This document shows positions 12,712-24,829 of a stretch of DNA of 64,000 nucleotides, piece after piece. The stretch spans positions 70,556,001-70,620,000 of the forward strand of contig NC_043000.1 of assembly GCF_006345805.1 (NCBI RefSeq), given 5' to 3'. The DNA comes from Octopus sinensis (Eukaryota). The position numbers were made by a program, and so were the translations under genes. Under the pieces are notes generated by a model. It searched no databases. It was not told where the DNA came from and was given only the letters and a program-made list of their open reading frames with translations. Positions within the stretch are counted from its first letter, which is position 1; every line of letters begins with the position of its first letter.

Positions 12712-13075
12712 CGTTCATCATTTAGCATCCATTTTCCATGCTAGCATGGGTTGGATGGTTCAAGGCTGCACCAGGCCCAGTCTGATCTGGCAATGTTTCT
12801 ATGGCTGGATGCCCTTCCTAACACCAACCACTCCGTGAGTGTAGTGGGTGCTTTTTACGTGCCACCAGCACAGGTACCAGACGAGGCTGGCAAACGGCTA
12901 TGATCGGATGGCGCTTTTTATGTGCCACCAGCACAGGGGCCAGGCGAGGCTGGCAATGGCCACGAGCGGATGGTGCTTTTTACGTGCCACCGGCACAAGG
13001 CCAGTCGGGGCAGCGCTGGCAACGGCCACGTTCGGATGGTTCTCTTACGTACCTCTGGCACTGGTATCACAGCTG
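12712..13075 (-). mobile_element. (GAT)n-tailed SINE with about 3.5 copies of a ~62-bp internal repeat
   Basis: Same core as 7071, plus repeated gtgctttttacgtgccacc...ggctggcaa...cggatg units. Confidence 0.8.
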
Positions 13076-13539
13076 CAATTTCCATTATAAATAATCAATA
13101 CATTACTAATTAACAGCAGCTAAGCTGTCAACTTTATAATAGACAGACACAACTCTGTAAAAAGAAGCAAATTACTAAACCTTACTTTGATGACAAATCA
13201 AGAAATTCTTAAAATTAGTGATGGCATTGCTGAGCCATTGTTTACAAAATTAATTTGTAAAATGATCCCGGCTATACATATTAAATATGATTTCACACAT
13301 GCATATATGCATGATTTTTTCATATTTTGCATCATGTAAATATATATCATGAAAAATAATATTTATTTTCCCAGAAAGGTAGATAATTATGGTAGTGTTC
13401 TTTCTATCACTTTCAACATTATCCTGTGGAGCTAGACTATCCCCACTAAACATTTTTCCTCGCTATCCATATCAACTTCAATGGGTGGAAACATGCAAAG
13501 TGTATCCCATCTACAAAAAGATGAGCCCATATTTACTCA

Positions 13540-14420
13540 ACCTATTGCCTCACTTGCAATATCTCAGCTTTGATGAACATTCATGAATAAATACATCTTT
13601 TGTTACCATGTTTTTGTCTTTCACAGTAACTAGCAATACAGTTTTGGTAGATCAACCATTAACCTACATCAAACAAGTGATTTCTACAACAAAGGTAATG
13701 TCGTTATCTTTGATATCTGGAAAACTTAAGAACATCTAATGAAACAGCTTATCTATGAGCTACAATGAACTCTCATTGCTTGGATTACCAGTTTCTTGAC
13801 AGATCACTCCATCATAGTTGATACACAGAAAAGTTATGCTTCAATCCAAATTCTATTAACAGAAACAACTTTAATGAATGAAAATCCTGAAAACATCAGT
13901 CATGACAACCAAATTTCTTTCAAGAACACCACATCTAGAAAATATTCAAACCCATATCATCTTTATTCATAAAAAAAAACTTACAACTAAAATCTTCACA
14001 ATTTCTATAAATGCTTGGTTTCAAAACTCTGATCATCTCAAGGTGGCTACATATTTATAAATCAAATTGCAACTGAAATGCTAAGCTTTCACTTCTGAGT
14101 CAAAACTACCTTAACTCAAACTAGAATACTGCTTTCATATCTGGGACAGAGTAACTGTTATATGCACAAATATTCTAGACTACGCACCTACAAATGCCTA
14201 CCAACATTGTTGAACTTTTACTTACTATAACACCAGAGCCACTAACATACTGACAAATTGTGCCCTCATTATGCATATCATACCCTTACTATAACATTTC
14301 CTGCTCTTCTGAACAAGTAATTAGTATACCACTATCACCCAAATTCATCTTCCTCACATCATACCCATTGTCTTGCTACTAAAACCCTCCACTAAACACT
14401 TTGCCCCATCTATCATTGCT
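13540..14420 (-). mobile_element. Highly decayed RTE-like LINE fragment
   Basis: Weak minus-strand resemblance to RTE C-terminal and RT segments; many stops. Confidence 0.35.
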
Positions 14421-14657
14421 TGAAATGCAACATTCTGCAACACTCTGTATGTCTACATTTTCACTATTCACTATGGGAAACCACAATGACCTCACCAGCC
14501 ATAGAGGCCTTACAAAAACAATGAGTACAATCCTTCCTCTGCAGGTTAAAATGCTTTAAAAGAAAATAAGTATACATTTTGGCAATATGTTTAATGGTTT
14601 TGTTGTTTGTTTTATAATTTTTGACTAATTTCTCATTTTTACAAAGAGTATACTTAC

Positions 14658-14842
14658 TGTATTCATCATCTTTATAGCAAACACCCAATTGTTCTTCTTC
14701 ATCAGGTTGTGGTCCTGACCATTGTTTACGACCTTTACCAGTACCTAAAGCAGCACCTCCTGAAAACAACTGTGGGCTCCCCATACGACTCATAGATAGC
14801 ATGCCTTGAATGGCATCCCGCATTGTCGGTGATGGAGCACTG
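14658..14842 (-). CDS. PHF8: Exon, 185 nt, phase 2-1: SAPSPTMRDAIQGMLSM...LGVCYKDDEY
   Basis: Tandem acceptor tttAG/CAG, donor A/GTAAGT. Matches recalled PHF2 ASPSTQEAIQGMLSM...LDACFKDSDY. Confidence 0.92.
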
Positions 14843-14985
14843 CTAAATAAAGAAATACAAAAATGTCATATTTAATTAAACAAATAATTTATGCATATTT
14901 AGATGATTTAAGCAAATGAATATTTGTAATGCCCACTGAAAATATATTAACTAAATTTAACTATTTACACCACTAGGGTGTGGCA

Positions 14986-15016
<31 letters not shown>

Positions 15017-15039
15017 CACACAATGTCAACGCATTGCGC

Positions 15040-15838
15040 AAAAAAGTTTCTCGGAGGTGATGAGGTTCTGGGTTGCTCATTCAGGCACCAGCAAAAACAA
15101 ATCTCATCTCCAAGCAGAATCAATGAGTCTGTCATTGTTTTGCTCATGAACATGTCGTTTAGACAGAAGAACAGTGGTCACAGGTTCATTTTAGCGATGA
15201 ATTAAAGTTTAATGTGATTGGTTCTCATGGCAGGATGTACGTCCGACAAAGAAGTGGCAAAAGATTATCTTATGCATGTGTGAAGAAGACAGTGAAATAT
15301 GGAGAAGGCAGTGTAATTGCATAGGGAGTGATCTCTGCTGCTGGTCCTTGTCCATTTATTCACCTACAAGGGACTGTCAATGCTGAAATCTACAAGTAGA
15401 TTCTTAGACAGCATGCCTTTCCACATCTCCGATCCTCGTCAGTTCAACCTCTTATCTTCATGCAGGACAACGCTCCCTGTCATACTGCGAAGAGAGTCAA
15501 AGAGTTTTTGACTGATGAAGGGGTTGATTTCATGGACTGGCCACCTTAAAGTCCTGATCTAAACCCTACAGAAAACGTTTGGAAGATTATTGGAGATGGG
15601 GTGCATAGGAGAAATCCAAAGAACCAAGATGAATGCCAGGAATTATTGAAAAACAAAAATGGAACAATATTACTTCATCATTTTGCAAGAAATTAATTCA
15701 GTCCTGTGATAACTGATGTCAGGAGGTCATTGATAGTAAAGGGATTTTCACAAAATATTAATAGTAGGGGTTTCTTTTTTGTTCTTGTTCCATTTTACAT
15801 TGTTTTTCTAAGTGACCCTTAACATTTGGCCATTGCAG
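15040..15838 (+). pseudogene. Tc1/mariner transposase remnant (DD34E), disrupted
   Basis: Translates as WSQVHFSDELKFNVIGSHG...FMQDNAPCHTAKRVKEFL...DWPP*SPDLNPTENVW. A right TIR-like end lies near 15815-15838; no left TIR was found. Confidence 0.85.
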
Positions 15839-16258
15839 TTTGGAAGAATATTTGGTTATTTCCCCATAACTTAAGAAATATTTATTCCATTCACTTGAAA
15901 TTTTCATGAAAGATAGATATTAGATATATCTAAATATGTGTAGAATATCTAGTCTCAATGTTTTGTTAATCTTCTATAATAAATATCTCAATACACTTGT
16001 TCTTACTGACCCATATATTATGGCTGCTACTGTATTACATGATGTAATCATGATGTTGTGGTCATCTGATGAGCTAGCTTTCTTCATTTGCATTAATTTT
16101 TGAATATACAATTGCTTTGTATAATGCTGAGTATACTTATTAATGCAAACGTGTACACATTATGCATAATTTCTTACATACAGAAATTAATACTACGAAG
16201 AAGGTTACAAAACAACCATAATTCAAGTCATTTGGTTAAATAAATAAATATATGTGCA

Positions 16259-16437
16259 GGTGGCACGTAAAAAGCACCCACTACACTCACGGAGTGGTTG
16301 GCATTAGGAAGGGCATCCAGCCGTAGAAACACTGCCAGATCAGACTGGGCCTGATGCAGCCTTCTGGCTTCACAGACCCCAGTTGAACCATCCAACCCAT
16401 GCTAGCATGGAAAGTGGATGCTAAATGATGATGATGA
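16259..16437 (+). mobile_element. (GAT)n-tailed SINE
   Basis: Core ggcattaggaagggcatccagccgtagaaac...ccaacccatgctagcatggaaag followed by (gat)n. Confidence 0.8.
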
Positions 16438-16559
16438 TTCAACTCTCAAACTTTCTGACTTTATGTTTATATATATACTAGGAAGTTTTTGTTACCTAGG
16501 TGACATGAAAGCATAGTTACTAATATTAGAAGAACTGACAAGGCAAAGTTCAGAGAGTT

Positions 16560-17640
16560 ATTACTTTTGTTGGTAACAAAGAGCCTCTCCTTCAGAGTGA
16601 AAGGCAGATTATACAATGCTTGTGCACAAACAGCTATGCTACATGGAAGTGAAACATGGGCTGTGACAGCAGAGAACATACAAAAGCTTGAGAGAAATGA
16701 AGCCAACATACTTCACAGGATGTGCAATGTCAGTGTGTATATGTATGACAAAGTGGAAATGTGCTAAGCGACAAATTGGGTGTAAGCGGCATCAATATAT
16801 AGTGCACAAAAGAGAAGGCTAATCTGGTATGGTCAGGTGATGCACATGGATGAAGACAGAGGCATCAAACAGCACCAATCACTACATGTGGAGGGAACCT
16901 GTGAAAGAGGATGACTCAAAAGATATGGGACAAATTGGTGAAAAATGATCTAAAGAAGCTGAGCTTCACAGACGAGATGACAAAGGACTGAGACAGTTGG
17001 TGATTTATTGTGCTTGAGACTAAATAAAATCAAGACCATAAAGGAATGTGATTTATGTTTAACTCCACTCCCTACCTCAGCCAGCAGACAGTCTTTCCCT
17101 GCAACCCTCTTTCCCCACATCTCACCTTCCCAGCTTCTATCCCCACCACTTGTACTCACCATCTGCTACACCCCCTCCCCTCTATCTCCCAATCATCCAT
17201 GTTGAATCCCTTCCCCACAACACATCCTCCTAACACCCCATCACTTTATTTCTGTCCACTCACAACATTTCCTCTCTGCACCTCTCCTTTTGCAATTTTA
17301 TAAACTTACCCACCCACTCACTCTATCCCACTGTTGGTCCCACTTCACTTAGATATACTACTCTGTAGCATGATGTGTTCCCCATCAGATCTTCTCCCTC
17401 CTCTTCCTGGCTCTCTTTTCTCTCTCTTATTGAGGCAACCATGTATTTCCTTTACAGCAGGATGCCTATTTCTGCCTCTCTATCATACTCTAACCTCTCA
17501 ACACCTGGCACAACTCAAAACATAAAGATGCACAAAATACCGCTAATCATACTACCCACCACCCACCTGAGGGGGCTTGTCTTGTATATTAATTAGTGAC
17601 CTCACTGCTGTTGGTGCCGCATTAAAAAGTATTCAGTATG
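16560..17640 (+). mobile_element. RTE LINE C-terminal fragment with pyrimidine-rich 3' region
   Basis: KSLSFRVKGRLYNACAQTAMLHGSETWAVT (ORF 16567..16767), then WYGQVMHMDED. Confidence 0.8.
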
Positions 17641-17689
17641 CAGAGACACATACTATGTCTGCTACACACACGCACACACACACACACAC

Positions 17690-17880
17690 ACACACCTGCT
17701 TGACAACTGGTGTTGGTATGTTTGCATCCCTGTAACTTAACAGTTTGACAAAAGAGATCAATAAAATAAGTACCAAGCTTAAAAAAAAAAGTACTGAGGT
17801 CAATTCATTCAACTAAAAATTCTTTAAGGCGGTGCCCTAGCATAGCCGCAATCTTATGATTAAAACAAGTAAAAATAAAA
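17690..17880 (+). mobile_element. tRNA-type SINE, 3' part
   Basis: ttgacaactggtgttgg...aataagtaccaagctt...ggcggtgccctagcat, shared with the copies at 52.1 and 63.9 kb. Confidence 0.6.
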
Positions 17881-18512
17881 AGATCCACTCTGTAAAGTAG
17901 TTGGCATTAGGAACTTGACTGTTGTCACATGGCTTCAGATCAATTCTTCAAAAATAGATCTATGATTAACAACATTCTAGTTATGATCATCTCCTCTTTT
18001 TGTACATCAGTAACTATAATGTCTGACATATCCATTATTTAAGATGGTATGATGTAATCTGAAGGAGATTTTGCTGCTGTTTCCAGTAATGCAAACACCC
18101 ATGAAGAAGTTTCCTTGTTGGCACCAAGACTAGCCAACACCTAACATGGTGGAACATATTGTTAGGCAATGACAATACACTCATCTGTCTGACAATTCTC
18201 TCTAACATTTTCTATTTCATTCCTTCAGAGAAATGATTGGTGTAAAACAGTGTGTGGTATGAGTTATTTCTATTTCATTACTTCTGAGAGGTAGTTGTTA
18301 TAAGAAGCTGAGGTGCATAGGAAGGGCATGATAAATGGGGAAAGGAAGTGCTGGCATTATTTCAGTTACATATATATATATACTTAAAGAAAAGTCTATT
18401 GTGATAAATAGTAATCATTTTGTAAATACAATGTTGTGAGAGGGGTCTGATTATAGTGTGAAAATTAAGACAATCATACTTATTGAAATATGACAAGTAT
18501 ATGAATACTTAC

Positions 18513-18781
18513 ACATCCTCATCCACTTGGAAATCAGTTTCTGTTCCATAGCCACTGGCCTCCAAAATGTCTGCAATGCCACAGTTGAGCCCACCCCTTA
18601 TAGTAGGCATATTCATTCTCTTAGACTGCTCAGTTTCTGTTACAGACAAGTCTTTCTTATTACCCCCTTCTTCTTCAGCAATTTTTGCTTGCATTGCAAG
18701 CTGTTTTGCATGTAGTTCAGCTTTCAGACTGATTATTGTCTCTGGTTTAGATGTAGAATCCAACATTGTATTTGCTGATGT
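18513..18781 (-). CDS. PHF8: Exon, 269 nt, phase 0-2: TSANTMLDSTSKPE...GIADILEASGYGTETDFQVDED
   Basis: Acceptor ttttatttccAG, donor GT/GTAAGT. GIADILEAS resembles PHF2 GILDLLQAS. Confidence 0.9.
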
Positions 18782-19399
18782 CTGGAAATAAAAGATTCCA
18801 TCTGAATTATCAATTTACTTTCAAATATTTACAACAATATTTTATCTTAATTAAAATTAAACAGACTTAAGTAAAAGACTAAAATATCCTCTATTCTTGT
18901 TTGTTACTGTAATATGCTCATTTTTTTAAATGAGACATACAGATGAAATAGCTTTACTAAACCAAGAACTGACTAAAAGATCTTGGCCAAGCAACAGGAA
19001 TCATCAAACATTTATAAAACTATCCCTATCTCAATGTACTATTACAATACTAAACTGAATTGTCTTAAACTCAATACTAACCTCTAAATGTTCTTTGCTG
19101 GCTAACAAATTTACTTATCTACTTGGCCCCATGTAATAATACCACAAAAATAACTACAAGATTTGTAAAGCCTATGCTGCTTTTGCCAACCTGAATCAAT
19201 CTTCAAGCCTATCATTTAAAAAGCAGAGAATAAGAGAGTATAAATAGTGCTCTTTTGATCATCACTAAGAAATGGAACTTCTACATTGCAGACATGAAAA
19301 AGAATGCTCAAGAACCATAGGAACATAAAGTGAACAACAGTAAGTACAACTGAGAAGTTCCATTTTTGAACAGCTGATTCCATTATACCATCTCTTCTG

Positions 19400-20172
19400 A
19401 CTAACTTACATGCTCACCAGACTACATTGGGTTCTATTTGATAGTGGGTTGATACCAGAGTACAAGCACTCTTGTAGATATGTATGGTACAATCATCTGG
19501 GTACAATCAAACTGACAATGAAATAAAGTTAATCATCCAGATATAATAATCAAGGATTGGGGGGGGGGAACACCTGCTTACTGATAGACATTGCAGTCCT
19601 TTCTAACTAATATATTGCTCAAAAAGAAGCTAAGAAATTGCTGAAGTACAAAGACCTCAAAATTTAAGCATTCAAGATGTGGGGTGTGAAGGTGAAAACA
19701 ATACCAGTAATAACTGGAGCATTGGACATGATAAAAAAACATATGTAGAAGCTATAACTGGACCCTTGATACTATACACTATCCAAAAAATAACCCTGCT
19801 AGGAACAGCCCACATCCTACACAAGACACTATCAATTTAATAATACAACCCAAACAAAACCATCCACAAACACAAGACACTCTATACAGCAAATACCCAA
19901 TAACATAACCAACCACTAGCAGGCTGACAGATGAACACAACTCATATTAAACACACACAACACAAACACTAATACAACAAAAGACTGCATCAGACCCCAT
20001 AACAAAAGAAACTGACGCTATACAATACCGGGAAGAGTTTGCACTCACCCAACAACAAAAAAGAACACGTAATGCTGCACACACTCCAGCAACATGAAGG
20101 TGTAGCAGGTGATACAGTAGAAATTTGCCTGAAACTACCAAACGTTGAATAGTAATAATAATAATAATAATA
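19400..20172 (+). mobile_element. Restriction-like-endonuclease (R2/R4-type) non-LTR retrotransposon 3' fragment with (AAT)n tail
   Basis: Degenerate IQTDNEI..HPDIIIKD..TCLLIDIAV..KEAKKLLKYKDL..MWG..IPVITGAL, a PD-(D/E)xK endonuclease pattern; (taa)n at about 20152-20172. Confidence 0.7.
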
Positions 20173-20425
20173 AAGAATATCAGCTATATAAAGTATATTG
20201 TAGATGCATACACACAAAAAAAGAAGTTGAATCTATATATGTCAAATAGATTATATTCAATTTTTTGCCTTCAATTTGAAGCAGACTAAATTTTAATCAA
20301 TATAAATCTAATACAATTATCCAATTAAAAAATTATGCAGTGAAACATTTAGTCTTTTTATGAGTTCATACAAGCCACAACTTCTGTATAGTAATAACTG
20401 GAATAACATGTGACAAACTTCTTAC

Positions 20426-22704
20426 TTTGTTTCCAGCAACTAGATCAGTAGATTGCTTTAACTTCCCTGCTGGACTGCTGGGCACTTTCTCTTTCACAGG
20501 TAACTTCTCCACATGTTTTGTTGTTGGTAATGATGAAGCAGGCTGATCAACTTCTTTATCTTTCGCTTGGATATCAAGCGGTTTTAATGTGCTGAGTCGA
20601 GCTTTACTTAAAAGACTTTCACTCTTCAGGATGCTGGCCAACTGATCAACTTTTATATCAACGAGTGTTCGACTGACCTCCTCTTTTTTTTCTTCAGATT
20701 TGCTGATTTCTTTACTGTTTGGCACTTCTTCACATATTGCTAATTTACCACATGACTGCTCTAATGGATCTACACTCATTTTTTTAATTAACGATACTTC
20801 AGATTTTGGACTATTAATTAATATGGATTTATCTTTTGGTGTTAATGGTTCTTTATTGTTCATAAATGCTTCAGTTAATGGATCAGGTTTAGTTTCCAAT
20901 AATGATTGAGAATCTGGCCTGTTGTTTAGTAAAGACAATGAATTATTATTGTGGGATGTTACCAATGATAGTGGATCAGGTCTGCATGATTTCAATGAAG
21001 GAGAATCAGGATTTTGGGGGCTCAGCAATGAAGAGTCTGATTTTGTAATTTTTAAAGAAAGTGGATCTGGCTTTTGGGGCAAAAGGGATAATGGGTCTGG
21101 TTTTTTAGGTATTAAAGATAGAGGGTCTTGTTTTTTAGGAGGAATTAAGGACAATGGATCAGGTTTTTTAGGTACTAAAGACAATGGATCTGGTTTTTTG
21201 GGTAAAAGAAATAGTGTTTCTGATTTCTTGGATGCTGAAGACAAAGAATCTTTTTTGGGAGATGTTAATGGTGATGAATCTGTTTTTTTCTGTATTAAAG
21301 ATAATGGGTCTGGTCTTGTAGATGTTAGTGATAATGGGTCTGATTTGGAGTGTTTTGATGATGATAATGTTGATGATAATGATGATAATGATGATGATGA
21401 TGAAGATGAGGAGGAGGAAGCGGACAATGACAACAAAGGACCAGATTTTTTGTACAAAGGTGAAAATGGATCTGATTGTGGAGATTTTAAAGGTGAATTT
21501 TGTTTTGATGAAGAATGATCTTGTCTAGTCAATGTCAATGATTGTGAATCTGATCTAGATGAAGTCAAAGATTGAAGATTTGCTCGAATAGCCATTAAAG
21601 ATTGTAGATCAGGTTGAGGTGATGTTAATGGTTTTCTTTCATGCTGAGGTGATGTCATCAATGGTAAATCAGACCATGCCATTTTCAAGGAATCAGTCTG
21701 ATTTGAGGTTACAGATGAAATATTTTGCTGTAGCTGATCAGATTTCTCCAACTGTGGATCCTTTCTAAGATTTAGAAATAAAGGATCAATCTTACTTTTA
21801 TTCCCTGCAGATTCATTCTTTGACTTTTTTCCAGGTTCTATCTTCGATTTTTTAGTTTCAGTTTCTTCAAGACGAGAACATTTCTTAATTTCTATTGACT
21901 CAGGAGTTCCTTTATTTCCTTTTAAGTTATCTTTTGCCTTTCTAGGGGCTGCCTTACTTTTAGTTTTTTTTCCTGTTGTATCTGTTTTCCCTCTTTTTGG
22001 TGTTTTTGTGTCTTGTAAATTTATAACCAACTGGTCATTATCAAAATCATCCAGAGATGTATTCTCCTTGACTTCTACTTCAAGATTATCATTTTTACCC
22101 TTTTTTGAACTACCTTTACTTTTCAATTCTTCCTTCATTTTTTTTGTTACCCCTCGGCCCCTTTTAGATTCTCCTTTTGCTTTTTTGGGAGGAGTATCAC
22201 TCTTAATTTCCAATAAAGGCTCAAATCTAGTCTCTAAAAATGGTAGTTCATATTTAGTGTCTAGCATTAAAGGTTCAATTTTAGTAGCTTCCATCATTAT
22301 ATCTGGTTCTTTAGATTTGTTTTTTTTATTTGATAAATCTTTTGTTGTCTTAGAGTTAGTTTCATTCTTGACTTTTTTTGAAATAGAATCCTCTTTGTTC
22401 ATATTAACTACTTCTTCATCTTTTGATTTCTTAGCTGCTCCTCTCTTAGCTTTTGGTTCCCCTTTCTGCTTTTTACCTTTTGGTTCATCTTTTGTTTTCT
22501 CTTTCGATAGGGTACTTTGATCTAAGTGCAAAAGAGAATCATTTCCAGCTCTTTGTAGTGAATAGTCTGCTTTAACTTTTATAGTCAGCGGGTCTGGTTT
22601 GAAAGTATTCATTACTTTTGGTTGAAGATTCAAACTTAATTTGGAGGCATCAGCAACTTCTATACCTTGCTCTTCCAGATTATAACCAAGTGAATTTTTG
22701 TTAT
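20426..22704 (-). CDS. PHF8: Giant exon, 2279 nt, phase 1-0: 759 codons of Lys/Ser/Pro-rich low-complexity sequence with a KPDPLSL repeat array
   Basis: Lies within ORF-track 20366..22726 (786 aa). Acceptor ttttttgttttAG at 22705-22706, donor AAA/GTAAGA at 20424-20425. Phase fits the flanking exons. Confidence 0.9.
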
Positions 22705-22795
22705 CTAAAACAAAAAAGAATAACATATGAAACAGTAAAAGCAGAAACCAAAATGCTTCAATAAAAATATGTAATAGAAGTTGAGAAAGTTTTTT

Positions 22796-23008
22796 GCATT
22801 TAAACCTGCCATATCCAGCCCAAATATTCTATCTGCTTTATGCTTAAACTGACCGAATCTGGCCTCTTGCACCTACCCTACAATGACATTCTAAAAAGAA
22901 AACAATCACATCATTAAAATCCTGAAGCTACAAGATAATGCATAATTAATTCAAAACAATGTGAATAAATAAGCATTACATTAACTGAGTAATCTGAATA
23001 CTAAAGGG
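22796..23008 (-). mobile_element. piggyBac-type MITE, opposite orientation to the other copies, left end eroded
   Basis: Ends taatctgaatactaaaggg-TTAA, the reverse complement of the family start ccctttagcattcagatta. Confidence 0.7.
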
Positions 23009-23284
23009 TTAAAATAGCTTTACAGTTTTTAACTGTGATCCTCTCAAATTTATATTCAAATCCTGTTGAAGATGATTTTTACCTTTCATACTACCAAAAT
23101 TGATAACGTAAGATCAATTCAATTGACTATACCTCATTTCAAAAATTTATCTTGTACCGAAGTAAAAAAAAAAACAATGAGTATTTTTTTTTCACATAAA
23201 ATTTCTTGCAATTAGGGTGTTTGCAAGTTGTAATATTTGCAATGGATAATTAAATATCAAAACATAATAAAGACTCCAGGTTAC

Positions 23285-23410
23285 CATCTTGAACTTTTGT
23301 TTGTTTTATTTTGCTTTTTGTAGGTCTTGCAGGTGCCTTCTTTGGTTCTTTCTTACAGGCTGAGGTTTTAGGTCCTGGTGATTTGGATTTAGGGGCAGCT
23401 GGCTTCTTTT
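23285..23410 (-). CDS. PHF8: Exon, 126 nt, phase 1-1: KKPAAPKSKSPGPKTSACKKEPKKAPARPTKSKIKQTKVQD
   Basis: Acceptor ttccttttAG, donor G/GTAACC; Lys/Pro-rich symmetric exon. Confidence 0.85.
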
Positions 23411-24691
23411 CTAAAAGGAATAGTTACATATTATGCTAAAGTAAAAAAAAATTGAAGATAAACACATGGTAAAACGCTACAATAGTCACCAGAATGATGA
23501 CATATGTAGTGATTAAAAATTAAAAGCTACTATGTGCATAACCTGTAAATAGAGTTACTACAGAAGGCAGGTAAAAGAACTAAATTGAAACAAGTATTCA
23601 GAATATGTAATGATGTCTTTTCTTTTAAAAAGCACCATTTTTCATATATTTTTAAAACATACTTTTTCATTTGACAGTATACAGTGAGTATTAGTAAAAG
23701 CTAGAGGTCATATACTTTTAAGAACTGACCTACTAACTGAAAAGCTGGTGTGTTTTTCTTTTTATATCATATCAGCAGAAGACAGAACCAAAATCTTAAC
23801 TCTAATTGTCATTCAAAAGCAAATTCAAATTTTCATATACAATGTGTGTTATTTAGATATATATGTATACAATAACTAATCAATGAATTAGCAAATTCTT
23901 TATGGTTTTAGTTTTTTGTCTTGTAGATTTAAAAAATACAGTTTCAAACTAAATTATGGCAATATTAGTTTTGCTGCTTAATTCTACAGAAAATATATAT
24001 ACATGTTTAAAACTGAACAGTAAAGCTCCTTTGAGAAAACTCTGGGAATTGTAAAAGTGGTATTGAACATTTCAAACAATTCCGACAGATCACTACAAAT
24101 AGAATACTTCCAATAATTTAATATGATTATTATAGGTGCAAATATGGCCTTATTGTTAAGTAGTTTGCTTTGGAACCAAGTAATTTAAGGTTCATTTCCA
24201 CTGCATGAACACTGCTAACTGATGTCTTCAACTATAGCTACAGGCTGACCAATACCTTGTAAGTGAAATTGGTAAATGAAAACTGTAAGAAGCCTGCCAA
24301 ATATTGTGTATGTACATTATGTTGCTTCTTCTTGAGTTGACATTTACATACTGATTGAAAATAAAGTTATCATTCATACAAATGTTGTAAATTGTTTGTA
24401 ATCTTCTACTAAAACATTCCTGACTATTGAGCTGTTGATTGTTTGAAAGACGAAGGTAAATATTATTTTACTTAAAAACAGATGAAGGTTGGCAACAGGA
24501 AGAGTATCTGGATACAGAAAAATCTGTCTAAACAAGTCTCATCTATCCCATGCAAGCATTGTAAAAGTAGATATTAAAACAAAGATAATGATTTTTATAC
24601 ATACTATCTCTTAAATTGTTATTTTATTACAATAATCTTTTCATTAAAATATCATTTCCACATCTATAATAAAATCCTCAGAAAGAATTGC

Positions 24692-24732
<41 letters not shown>

Positions 24733-24741
24733 TTTCTTTGC

Positions 24742-24820
24742 ACTGCCTGGCTAGCTCCTGCCAAACCATCCAACCCATGCCAGCAAGAAAGGAGGACATT
24801 AAACGACAATGATGATGATG
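24742..24820 (+). mobile_element. Short 3' fragment of the (GAT)n-tailed SINE
   Basis: ccaacccatgccagcaag...ttaaacgacaatgatgatgatg. Confidence 0.55.
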
Positions 24821-24829
24821 GTCATCATC

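Noticed and set aside
12845-13075. Regularly spaced repeats superficially like a CRISPR array
   Set aside because: Eukaryotic SINE-internal tandem units with no unique spacers and no cas genes.
20922-22520. Long plus-strand ORFs (198 aa at 20922..21518 and 170 aa at 22008..22520)
   Set aside because: They are antisense shadows of the biased, repetitive codons of the giant minus-strand exon, with no independent splice signals or domain.
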